32,000 nucleotides of DNA from an uncultured Erysipelotrichaceae bacterium. Lineage in GTDB: Bacteria > Bacillota_I > Bacilli_A > Erysipelotrichales > Erysipelotrichaceae. The stretch is taken from positions 1-32,000 of the forward strand of contig CAYNZZ010000011.1 in NCBI GenBank assembly GCA_964401865.1, written 5' to 3'. This document shows, piece by piece, positions 7,354 through 16,178 of this stretch (its first letter is position 1; the number at the start of each line of letters is the position of its first letter). Made by a program: the position numbers and the translations under genes. The notes beneath the pieces are model-generated. The model was given only the letters and a program-made list of their open reading frames with translations. It had not been told where the DNA came from and did no database searches.

Positions 7354-9186
7354 ATGTACGCAGTAGAAAAAAGAGATGGGAAGATAGTAGAATTCGATTT
7401 ATCGAAGATTAAAAGAGCTATCACAATGGCTTTTGAATCGACAGAAGATATTGAATATCATCCATCGGTTATTGACAGTTTAACTTTAAAAGTTACGGCT
7501 GATTTTCAAAAAAAGATAAAAAACGGAATAGTAGCTGTCGAAGATATCCAAGACAGTGTTGAATCGGTACTTGCCAATGCCGATTACAGCCAAGTGGCTA
7601 AACATTATATCCTCTATCGTAAGCAAAGAGAAAAAGCGCGAAATATTGAATCGACGCTTTTGAACTATCGCGATCTAGTCAACTCATATGTCAATCCATT
7701 AGATGTTGATAATAATGATGAAACCTATTCGGTAGGTGGTTTAATTCTTTCTAATAGTGGAGCTATAACAGCTAACTACTGGTTATCAGAGATTTATGAT
7801 AGTGAAATTGCATCTGCTCATTTAAATGGGGATATCCATATTCATGATTTGTCAATGTTGACTGCTCATAATGCCGGCTGGTCTTTAAAAGATTTATCAA
7901 ATAAGGGTTTAGCCAATGTCAGAGGAAATACGGCGTCTAAACCGGCTAAACACCTTGGCTCTTTTTGCAACCAAATGGTTAATTTTTTAGGCATTATGCA
8001 AAACGAGTGGTCGAGCACTCAAACTGTTTTACACTTTGATACCTATCTGGCTCCATATGTAAAAACGGATAATTTAAGCTACTCAAATATCAAAAGGGCT
8101 ATTGAATCATTTGTCTATGGTGTGAATATGCCGTCACGCTGGGGAAGCAGAGCACCGTTTTCAAGTATATCATTCGATTGGACGGTTCCTGAGGAAATCA
8201 AAGATTTGGATGCTGTGATACATAATGAAAAGATGAACTTTAAATATCATGAATTACAAAACGAAATGAATCTCATTAATAAAGCGTTTTTAGAAGTAAT
8301 GTTAGAGGGAGATGGTGAAGGCAAACCATTCACTTATCCGATTTTGTCTTACGCTATCGACAAGGATTTTGATTTTAAAGGTAGTGAAAATGCAAAAATG
8401 TTATTTGAACTAGTATTAAAAAATGGAAGTCCTTTTTTTGCCAACTGTGTAAATAATGATGTTCATAAAAAGATGGGTGAAGAATTAACCGGTTCAATCG
8501 GGATTGTAACAATTGATTTACCCAGAATTGCCTATCTGTCAAAAGATGAAAATGATTTTTATAGTCGACTTGATCATATTATTGATATTTCTGCCCGTAG
8601 TCTTCACATTAAAAAGGATGTATTAACCAAATTACTAAATGGTGGGTTATATCCATATACAAAAGCATATTTAAGTAATTTCGATGAGTATTATTCTAGT
8701 GTTGGCATCATCGGTATATATGAAATGGTGTTAAATGCTTCTTGGATTGATGGCAGTTTGAGCGATGATGTTGGAAAAGATTTTGCGAAAAATGTTTTAA
8801 GACATATAAAATCTAAATTAATTGAATGCCAAAACAAGTATCAAGATTTATTTGAATTGTTGTCGATAGCAGACAAAAAAGTAGCTTGTCGGTTTGCGAA
8901 TAATGACAGCGAAAAATATGATGGCATCATCACTGCTCTGAGTGATGATAAACTAATATATACCGATTCATATAATTATTCATCAGTATATCAATTAGAT
9001 TTATTTGAAGCTTTAGATATTGAAGATGGATTATGGAAGTATACATCAGACAGTTGTTTTGGCATCAATATAAATGAAATAGTAAATGACTACAGTGCTA
9101 TTTCGTTATTGGTTAAGAAAATAGTTGATAATTATCATCTTCCTTATTTCAAGATTTCACTCTCGATGCACAAAGATAGTGAATGA
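7354..9186 (+). CDS. NrdD-like protein (anaerobic ribonucleotide reductase family) with ATP-cone but lacking the C-terminal zinc ribbon and glycyl-radical domain
   Basis: AGGAG (7343-7347) then ATG 7354. ATP-cone: YAVEKRDGKIVEFDLSKIKRAI...YILYRKQREKAR. NrdD blocks: NGDIHIHDL, PSRWGSRAPFSSISFD, GKPFTYPIL, TGSIGIVTIDLPRIAY, LYPYTKAYL, YTDSYN, LPYF. TGA at 9184-9186 comes 11 codons after LPYF. No CxxC...CxxC and no RxxGY motif. Confidence 0.8.
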   Translation: MYAVEKRDGKIVEFDLSKIKRAITMAFESTEDIEYHPSVIDSLTLKVTADFQKKIKNGIVAVEDIQDSVESVLANADYSQVAKHYILYRKQREKARNIESTLLNYRDLVNSYVNPLDVDNNDETYSVGGLILSNSGAITANYWLSEIYDSEIASAHLNGDIHIHDLSMLTAHNAGWSLKDLSNKGLANVRGNTASKPAKHLGSFCNQMVNFLGIMQNEWSSTQTVLHFDTYLAPYVKTDNLSYSNIKRAIESFVYGVNMPSRWGSRAPFSSISFDWTVPEEIKDLDAVIHNEKMNFKYHELQNEMNLINKAFLEVMLEGDGEGKPFTYPILSYAIDKDFDFKGSENAKMLFELVLKNGSPFFANCVNNDVHKKMGEELTGSIGIVTIDLPRIAYLSKDENDFYSRLDHIIDISARSLHIKKDVLTKLLNGGLYPYTKAYLSNFDEYYSSVGIIGIYEMVLNASWIDGSLSDDVGKDFAKNVLRHIKSKLIECQNKYQDLFELLSIADKKVACRFANNDSEKYDGIITALSDDKLIYTDSYNYSSVYQLDLFEALDIEDGLWKYTSDSCFGININEIVNDYSAISLLVKKIVDNYHLPYFKISLSMHKDSE

Positions 9187-9238
9187 ATGAAATGTTATAA
9201 GTTGTGATAAAATACCAGAAGATAAAGGAGGTCTATAC

Positions 9239-9859
9239 ATGGTAACAATATTGAATCATCCTCTAATTACTCACAAGTTGACACAGATGCGTAAGGCTGA
9301 TACTAAAACCAAAGATTTTAAACAGAATTTAGATGAAATTGCTGGATTAATGGCTTATGAAGTGTGTCGGGATATACCTTTAAAACCCACCGTCGTTCAA
9401 ACGCCGGTGGCTGAATGCCATACTTATGAACTGCAAAATGAAATCGTTTTAATCCCGATATTAAGGGCAGGGCTTGGTTTAGTCAATGGTATCAATAATC
9501 TTATTCCAACCGCAAAGGTGGGCTTCATCGGTTTATATCGTGATGAAGAAACATTAAAACCACACGAGTATTTTGCGAAGTTTCCAAGTAACTTAGGCGA
9601 AGCAATAAACTTAGTTTTAGATCCGATGCTTGCTACCGGTGGCAGTGCTATCGCTGCTATTGATATGATTAAAAAAAGAGGCGCTAAAAATATAAAGTTA
9701 GTTTGTCTAGTCGGTGCTCCCGAAGGAGTAAAGGCGATAGAGGAAGCTCATCCGGATGTTGATGTGTATTTAGCTGCCCTTGATGATCATCTAAATGAAA
9801 AAGGTTATATTGTTCCTGGTTTAGGTGATGCAGGAGATAGAATTTTTGGTACAAAATAG
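9239..9859 (+). CDS. upp: Uracil phosphoribosyltransferase
   Basis: [18 protein letters not shown]..., [12 protein letters not shown] (PRPP loop), [27 protein letters not shown] at 9224-9231. Confidence 0.95.
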   Translation: MVTILNHPLITHKLTQMRKADTKTKDFKQNLDEIAGLMAYEVCRDIPLKPTVVQTPVAECHTYELQNEIVLIPILRAGLGLVNGINNLIPTAKVGFIGLYRDEETLKPHEYFAKFPSNLGEAINLVLDPMLATGGSAIAAIDMIKKRGAKNIKLVCLVGAPEGVKAIEEAHPDVDVYLAALDDHLNEKGYIVPGLGDAGDRIFGTK

Positions 9860-9872
9860 AAAGGATGATAAT

Positions 9873-11441
9873 ATGCAAAAACCTGTTGTATTAGTTGTGA
9901 TGGATGGTGTAGGTATCAGTTCAAATGTTGAAGGTAATGCCGTTAAGAATGCTTATACGCCAACTCTTGATTATTTATTGAAAAACTGTCCTAATATCAC
10001 TATTAAGGCTCATGGAACTGCAGTTGGTTTACCAAGTGATAGCGATATGGGCAATAGTGAAGTTGGACACAATGCTATTGGTTGTGGTCAGATTTATTCA
10101 CAAGGAGCTAAATTGGTTAATGAGTCAATCGAAACTGGCGCCATTTATCGAAGCAACACTTGGAAAAAGATAATCGAAAACGCCAAAGGACATACTTTAC
10201 ATTTTTTAGGTTTATTATCTGATGGCAATGTTCACTCTCATATCAATCATTTAAAATCAATGATTAAAGAAGCTAAAGAAGAGGGTATCAAGACCGTCAG
10301 AATTCACGCTTTAATGGATGGAAGAGATGTCCCTGAAACATCAGGACTCACTTATATTGATGAAATCGAAAGTTTTATGAATGAACTTAATGATGATGAT
10401 TTTGACGCCAAGATTGCATCTGGTGGCGGAAGAATGTACATCACAATGGATAGATACGAATCAAATTGGGATATGGTTAAAAGAGGTTGGGACACTCATG
10501 TTCGTGGTTTGGGCAGAAAATTTAATAGTGCAACCGAGGCTATCGAAACATATCGCAAAGAATTGGGTGTTAATGATCAAGATTTACACGAATTTGTCAT
10601 CGTCGATGAAAATGATAAACCAATAGGAAAGATAAAAGACCATGATTCGGTCATTTTGTTCAATTTTAGAGGTGATAGAGCGATAGAAATTTCTAAGTCT
10701 TTTGATAATGATGAATTTACATATTTTGATCGCGAAGAAAGACCGGATGTAATGTTTGCTGGCATGCTGGAATATGATGGAGATTTACATATTCCAAGTA
10801 ATTATTTGGTTAATCCTCCATCTATCAAAGAGACGATGTCTGAATATTTTGTTAAGAATAATATTAAGACTTATGCTATATCAGAAACTCAAAAGTTTGG
10901 TCATGTAACTTATTTCTGGAATGGTAATCGTTCAGAGAAATTCTCTGATGCTTTAGAGACTTGGGTCGAGATTAAGAGTGATGTTGTTCCGTTTGAGCAA
11001 AGACCTTGGATGAAATCGGCTGAGATAACTGATGTTTTGGTTGAAGCAATACTTAAAAATGAGAATACATTCTACCGCATCAACTATCCAAATGGCGATA
11101 TGGTTGGCCATACGGGCAATTATGAAGCAACTATTATTGGCGTGGAAGCTGTTGACTTATGCTTAAAGAGAATTATGAAAGCCTGCGATGAGGTTGGAGC
11201 TACTCTTTTGATTACCGCTGACCATGGCAATGCCGATGAAATGTATGAAAAGCGTAAAAAAGAAACCGATCCAATTAAACCTAAGACTTCGCATACTTTG
11301 AACAGAGTTCCGTTTATTGTTTATAATCGTGATGTGAAATTTAAAGATGGCGATTTTGGTTTAAGCAATATTGCAGCAACGGTATTTGAATTATTGGATT
11401 TAGATATTCCTGAATCTTGGAATGAAAGTATGATTGATTAA
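9873..11441 (+). CDS. gpmI: 2,3-bisphosphoglycerate-independent phosphoglycerate mutase
   Basis: MQKPVVLVVMDGVGIS, MGNSEVGHNAIG, GNVHSH, MDGRDVPE, GGGRMYITMDRYESNW, ADHGNADEM. The track ORF start (9825) overlaps upp and is an artefact. Confidence 0.93.
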   Translation: MQKPVVLVVMDGVGISSNVEGNAVKNAYTPTLDYLLKNCPNITIKAHGTAVGLPSDSDMGNSEVGHNAIGCGQIYSQGAKLVNESIETGAIYRSNTWKKIIENAKGHTLHFLGLLSDGNVHSHINHLKSMIKEAKEEGIKTVRIHALMDGRDVPETSGLTYIDEIESFMNELNDDDFDAKIASGGGRMYITMDRYESNWDMVKRGWDTHVRGLGRKFNSATEAIETYRKELGVNDQDLHEFVIVDENDKPIGKIKDHDSVILFNFRGDRAIEISKSFDNDEFTYFDREERPDVMFAGMLEYDGDLHIPSNYLVNPPSIKETMSEYFVKNNIKTYAISETQKFGHVTYFWNGNRSEKFSDALETWVEIKSDVVPFEQRPWMKSAEITDVLVEAILKNENTFYRINYPNGDMVGHTGNYEATIIGVEAVDLCLKRIMKACDEVGATLLITADHGNADEMYEKRKKETDPIKPKTSHTLNRVPFIVYNRDVKFKDGDFGLSNIAATVFELLDLDIPESWNESMID

Positions 11442-11464
11442 AAGAATGGGTAACCATTCTTTTA
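11441..11464 (+). terminator. Terminator after gpmI
   Basis: AAAGAATGG (11441-11449) / CCATTCTTT (11454-11462), loop GTAA, with a short T-run. Confidence 0.5.
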
Positions 11465-11509
11465 ATATGCAAAAATAGAATGTGTTATAATACAAAAAAG
11501 GAGCTTTGG

Positions 11510-12364
11510 ATGAAAAAACGTTTAGTATTAATTAGTGGTGTATCAGGAGCAGGCAAGACGACTGCTTCAAATTTTTTAGAAGATATGGGTTATATATGCA
11601 TGGATCAATTTCCTCCAGAGCTTTTAGAAAATCTCGTAACATTAATGGAGAATGAAACAAGTTTAAAATATGACCATATTGCAATTACAATTTCATTGCT
11701 TGACTTAGAAAAATATCGTCATATTCTCAACAACATGAATATTGATTCAACCTTGATTCTATTAGATGCCAGTGAAGAAACGATTATTAATCGCTATAAA
11801 TTCACAAGACGAGTTCATCCACTTTTGGTATCTAATAAAGTAAACACACTAAATGAAGCCGTTGCTTACGAAAAAGAATTGTTGGAAGAATTTAAGAAAT
11901 TAAATGCGACTATTATTGATACGACATCTTTAACTAATAAAGCTCATAAAGAAATACTGGATCGTATCATAAATTATGATGAACGCTTGAATTTCTCTAT
12001 TTCTTTTGTTTCGTTTGGTTTTAAGAATGGTATTCCTAGTGATGCTGATTTAGTGTTTGATGTTCGCTTTTTAGATAATCCTTTTTATGAAAAAGATCTT
12101 AAGAATAAAACCGGCAATGATTTGGAAGTTTATAACTATGTCATGGAAAAACCAAGAACCAAAGAATTCGTTCAGAGGCTATTATCTTATTTAGATTTTA
12201 CATTTGATTCATATGACAATGAAGAAAAAAGACATTTGACCGTATGTGTTGGTTGTACCGGTGGACAACACCGCTCGGTATCAATAACGAATTATTTATA
12301 TGATCATTACAAAGATAAATATTTATGTAATAAGGCTCATCGTGAATTAAAGGAGTCAGTATGA
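11510..12364 (+). CDS. rapZ: RNase adapter / nucleotide-binding protein RapZ (YvcJ)
   Basis: MKKRLVLISGVSGAGKTTASNFLEDMGY (Walker A), FDVRFLDNPFY, GCTGGQHRSV. RBS GGAG at 11500-11503. Confidence 0.92.
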   Translation: MKKRLVLISGVSGAGKTTASNFLEDMGYICMDQFPPELLENLVTLMENETSLKYDHIAITISLLDLEKYRHILNNMNIDSTLILLDASEETIINRYKFTRRVHPLLVSNKVNTLNEAVAYEKELLEEFKKLNATIIDTTSLTNKAHKEILDRIINYDERLNFSISFVSFGFKNGIPSDADLVFDVRFLDNPFYEKDLKNKTGNDLEVYNYVMEKPRTKEFVQRLLSYLDFTFDSYDNEEKRHLTVCVGCTGGQHRSVSITNYLYDHYKDKYLCNKAHRELKESV

Positions 12365-13293
12365 AAAATATTGTAGTAATAGGTGGCGGACATGGACAAT
12401 CAACTATCTTGAAGGGTTTGAAGATGATTGATGATGTCAATATTTCGACCATCGTAACTGTTGCTGATGATGGCGGAAGTACAGGCAGATTACGTGCAAT
12501 GTATAATATTCCTGCTATGGGTGATATCAGAAATGTTCTTGTGGCCTTATCGAATGATGAAAAATTGGCATCTTTAATGGACTATCGTTTCGATGGAGAA
12601 GATGAAAAGGATGTTGGTGGTCATAATTTGGGTAATTTAATTTTGACTGCTTTGACTCAAATGCGTGGTTCTTTTGTAGAAGCGATTGAAGATGTGTCGA
12701 GTTTAATGAAAGTTAAAGGGGAGGTAGTACCTTCTTCTTTGGAATTTATTTCTTTATATGCAGTAATGGATGATGACACAATAGTTAAGGGTGAAGCTAA
12801 TATCCCTAATTTTAATCACCACATTAAAAAGGTTTTTTATGACCATGATGTAAAAGCATATGACAAAGCGGTAGAGAAGATTCTTGCTGCTGATTTAATT
12901 ATTTATGGAATTGGCAGTGTATATACGAGCATTTTGCCCAATATTATTATCCCGGAAATCAAGGAGGCTTTAAAAAACACTAAAGCTAAAAAGGTTTACT
13001 TTGCCAACTGTATGACTCAAAATAATGAAACATTTGATTATAGTTTAAAAGATCATATTGATGCACTAGAATCTCATGGTGCCATTATTGATTTAGTGGT
13101 TAAACATAAAGAAATAATACCTTTTTATATTAAATCACGATATCTCAAAGAAAACTCGGTTGAAGTTATAAATAAGGGTGTTGATAAAGAAGTGTTAGAA
13201 TATGAATTACTAGATTTTTCTAGAGGTCTTGTTCGTCATGATAGCATAAAGATTAATAAGGTGGTTCAGGATTTATTGGCGAGGTATATCTAA
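12361..13293 (+). CDS. yvcK: YvcK/GlmR-family gluconeogenesis factor (CofD-like)
   Basis: MKNIVVIGGGHGQSTILKGLK, TVADDGGSTGRLR, GHNLGNL. ATGA overlap with rapZ. Confidence 0.92.
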   Translation: MKNIVVIGGGHGQSTILKGLKMIDDVNISTIVTVADDGGSTGRLRAMYNIPAMGDIRNVLVALSNDEKLASLMDYRFDGEDEKDVGGHNLGNLILTALTQMRGSFVEAIEDVSSLMKVKGEVVPSSLEFISLYAVMDDDTIVKGEANIPNFNHHIKKVFYDHDVKAYDKAVEKILAADLIIYGIGSVYTSILPNIIIPEIKEALKNTKAKKVYFANCMTQNNETFDYSLKDHIDALESHGAIIDLVVKHKEIIPFYIKSRYLKENSVEVINKGVDKEVLEYELLDFSRGLVRHDSIKINKVVQDLLARYI

Positions 13294-14228
13294 TGTCGTT
13301 TTCTAAAGAAATAAAACAGGAAGTATCATATAACAGGTTGAAAGATTGCTGTGCTAAAGCCGAACTAAGTGCTTTGATTCAGCTTACTTCATCACTTAGT
13401 ATTTCTAATCAGAAGCTTCAATTAGTGGTGAAAAGTGAAAACCCTACGACTGTTAAAAGAATAGCTACATTATTAAAGGAGGTATATCCAGCAGAAACAA
13501 TTTTAGAAACCCATCAGAAAACCAATTTAAAAAAGAATAATATTTATCATTTAATCATCTTGGATGATGCGATAAGGTTTTTGGAATTTCTAGGTTTATA
13601 TTCCAGTAATGGTTTACTTAACTATCCTAAATTTTCAATTGTTGCGAAAAACTGCTGTGCGCGTGCATATTTAGCCGGATCTTTTATTGCTTATGGTTCT
13701 TGTAATGCCCCTAATAATACTAATTATCATTTGGAAATAGCTTTAAATGAAGAAGCTCACGCTAATTTCATCATTAAATTACTGGAACGTTTTAACATTG
13801 AAGCTAAAAAGTCAATGCGTCGTAGTAAACACATAGTTTATCTTAAGAAAGCTGATAGTATTTCGGATTTTTTGAGGTGTATAGGCGCTCATGAATCACT
13901 GATGAATTTTGAGAACATACGAATCAATAGAGATTTTAAGAACTCACTTGTTCGCTTGAATAATTGCGAATTGGCTAACGATGTTCGGAGTATGGAAGCC
14001 AGTAGAAAACAGGTCGAGATGATGAAAAATATCATCGATAGCGGTACTTATGATGAGATGGATGAAAAACTTAAGGAAATTATCGACATTAGAATGGCGT
14101 ATCCTGATTATTCTTTGAATGAACTTTGCGATGAGTACCAGAAGGCTTATGGTCAGAGCATTTCTCGTTCAGGAATCAATCACCGCTTAAATAAGATAAA
14201 AGCAATTTATGGAGGAGTAAATAAATGA
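13293..14228 (+). CDS. whiA: DNA-binding protein WhiA
   Basis: MSFSKEIKQEV...CCAKAELSALI, LAGSFIAYGS, and a C-terminal HTH (ISRSGINHRLNKI). Completes the conserved rapZ-yvcK-whiA order. Confidence 0.92.
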   Translation: MSFSKEIKQEVSYNRLKDCCAKAELSALIQLTSSLSISNQKLQLVVKSENPTTVKRIATLLKEVYPAETILETHQKTNLKKNNIYHLIILDDAIRFLEFLGLYSSNGLLNYPKFSIVAKNCCARAYLAGSFIAYGSCNAPNNTNYHLEIALNEEAHANFIIKLLERFNIEAKKSMRRSKHIVYLKKADSISDFLRCIGAHESLMNFENIRINRDFKNSLVRLNNCELANDVRSMEASRKQVEMMKNIIDSGTYDEMDEKLKEIIDIRMAYPDYSLNELCDEYQKAYGQSISRSGINHRLNKIKAIYGGVNK

Positions 14229-14440
14229 AAAACTATTATGGAGTTTTATATTGGTTAGTAGCTTTTTTGGTTTTGTATTTGTTATGGCCGATTCTAAAAT
14301 GGTTGTTATTGCTGGTGGTGATATTTATGATTTATATTTTCTTTAAGATTAGTAATAAAAAAGATAATGTTGTTGAAAACAAATCGAGTAACAATAAAGA
14401 TATCATTGATGTAAAAGCCAAAGTTAAAGAAAAAGAATAG
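14225..14440 (+). CDS. Small membrane protein (two predicted TM helices, Lys/Asn-rich tail), hypothetical
   Basis: YGVLYWLVAFLVLYLLWPILKWLLLLVVIFMIYIFF. ATGA overlap with the whiA stop. Confidence 0.55.
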   Translation: MKNYYGVLYWLVAFLVLYLLWPILKWLLLLVVIFMIYIFFKISNKKDNVVENKSSNNKDIIDVKAKVKEKE

Positions 14441-14444
14441 TTTT

Positions 14445-15362
14445 ATGATAAGATGCGTAAAAGATGAAGTTAGTAAAAATGAAATATTAGCGATGTGGCA
14501 AGAAAACTTCGCTTTTGATAACGGTTTTACTGACTTCTTTTTTGATGAATTATATAATATCGATGATGTAAAAAACTATGTGAATATTAAGGATAATATC
14601 ATCGTGAGTAGTGCATCTGTTTATCATCATCCTTTCAAAATACACAATAGAAATGTGAGAGTGTCGATGATTTTGGGGGTTAATACCAAAAAAGAATATC
14701 AAAATCATGGCTATATGAAAGAACTGATGGAAGCGATAATTGATGATTTGTCACATCAGGAACTGCTAACTATGATTCAGGCTTATGACAATCAATTATA
14801 TGAAAAGTTTGGTTTTAGAACCATCTATTATCAAAATAGATATGAATTAACCAAAGATGATATTGATAGTTACATATTTAAAGATATTAGAGAAGCTGTT
14901 GAAATTGAAGATTTATTGGTGGCATATGGAAGATTTGCATCTCATTTTCAAGGATATAAATTGCGCTTCAAAAAAGACTTTGAGTTAATAATTAAAAAGA
15001 TAAAATATGAAAATTCTAAACTCATCGCTTACTATCATAACAATCAAATTGAAGCGTATTGTATTTATCATAAATATGATGAACATATTGAAATAAAAGA
15101 AATTATTTATAAAGACCTCAAATCTTTTGTCTGTCTGTTATCTTATTTATTCGTTTATAGTGACAGGGTAATAGTAACATTGTCGAGTGATGAAAATATT
15201 GAAAAGTATCTAAAGGTCAAAAGTAAGGAAACACTTCCATATACGATGGTTAGAATAAATGATATCAATCTTATTAATCAATTATTTAATTGTGATATAA
15301 AAAGAGTAGAAGAAGTATTTGAACTGAGTGATAAACCACTTTTTATGAAAGAGGGGTACTGA
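14445..15362 (+). CDS. GNAT-family N-acetyltransferase, Eis-like (GNAT plus C-terminal SCP2-like region)
   Basis: GVNTKKEYQNHGYMKELMEAII (acetyl-CoA motif A, Q-x-x-G-x-x), LYEKFGF. The length and C-terminal half are compatible with Eis-type proteins. Confidence 0.65.
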   Translation: MIRCVKDEVSKNEILAMWQENFAFDNGFTDFFFDELYNIDDVKNYVNIKDNIIVSSASVYHHPFKIHNRNVRVSMILGVNTKKEYQNHGYMKELMEAIIDDLSHQELLTMIQAYDNQLYEKFGFRTIYYQNRYELTKDDIDSYIFKDIREAVEIEDLLVAYGRFASHFQGYKLRFKKDFELIIKKIKYENSKLIAYYHNNQIEAYCIYHKYDEHIEIKEIIYKDLKSFVCLLSYLFVYSDRVIVTLSSDENIEKYLKVKSKETLPYTMVRINDINLINQLFNCDIKRVEEVFELSDKPLFMKEGY

Positions 15363-15363
15363 T

Positions 15364-16173
15364 ATGAAAGAAATTGTAGTAAATAGTTTTGAGCATCTGC
15401 AAAGTTTGGTTTTTGAAAATTGTTGGGAAGATAAAACACAAAGGTATAGAAATACTTTTGTTTATCGCGGAGTACCAGATGCAAGTTATGGAATGATTTC
15501 TAAGTTAAATCGTATTTGTAGTCATGATTTATCTTTAGAAGATTCTGTCATTCGTTCATTTAAGAAATACGGCTATACCGATGTGAAAGACTGCAAATCA
15601 TTTTGGCAAATATTAGCTATGGGTCAGCATTATGGATTGCCTACAAGATTGTTAGATTGGACATATTCGCCATTAGTGGCTGCTCATTTTGCGACCGAAG
15701 ATATTTTCAAATATGACAGAGACGGTGCTATTTATTGTATGGATATGTTGGAATGCGAAAGTAATCTACCTCAGTGTTTAAGTGATGAATTAAAAGTTTC
15801 TAAGGCTCAAAGTTTCACAATGGCAATGATAGAAAGACATGCTTCGGATTTGCATGAATTAGAAGCGCTCAGTGATAAACCGTTCTTTATTTTTTATGAG
15901 CCAGCTTCTCAAAGTAATAGAATGTCAAATCAGTATGCTCTATTTTCTTTGACATCAAAAAAGGAATGTTCAATCGGTGATCTGATTGATAAAGAAAAGA
16001 CCTCACTATATAAAATAATCATTCCAAAAGAAGTGAAACTAGAAATTAGAGATAAATTAGATTATATTAATATATCTGAAAGACTTATTTATCCGGGATT
16101 AGATGGCATCTGCTCATGGATTACCAGAAGATATGCTGATTTAGGAAAATATTATAATCAAAAAAGAAGGTAA
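15364..16173 (+). CDS. FRG-domain protein (function unknown)
   Basis: FVYRGVPDASYG (the eponymous F/Y-R-G motif) and GQHYGLPTRLLDWTYSPLVAAHFAT (second hallmark block of the FRG domain). Confidence 0.75.
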   Translation: MKEIVVNSFEHLQSLVFENCWEDKTQRYRNTFVYRGVPDASYGMISKLNRICSHDLSLEDSVIRSFKKYGYTDVKDCKSFWQILAMGQHYGLPTRLLDWTYSPLVAAHFATEDIFKYDRDGAIYCMDMLECESNLPQCLSDELKVSKAQSFTMAMIERHASDLHELEALSDKPFFIFYEPASQSNRMSNQYALFSLTSKKECSIGDLIDKEKTSLYKIIIPKEVKLEIRDKLDYINISERLIYPGLDGICSWITRRYADLGKYYNQKRR

Positions 16174-16178
16174 GAGAT

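Noticed and set aside
9825-9872. N-terminal extensions in the ORF track. Affected starts: gpmI 9825, nrdD-like 7324, rapZ 11480, permease 18149, lipoprotein 20675, zupT 23037, activase 5579, GRE 5444 and fsa 3008.
   Set aside because: In each case an internal ATG with a properly spaced Shine-Dalgarno, or a match to the homologue's N-terminus, gives a better start. The 9825 extension overlaps the end of upp.
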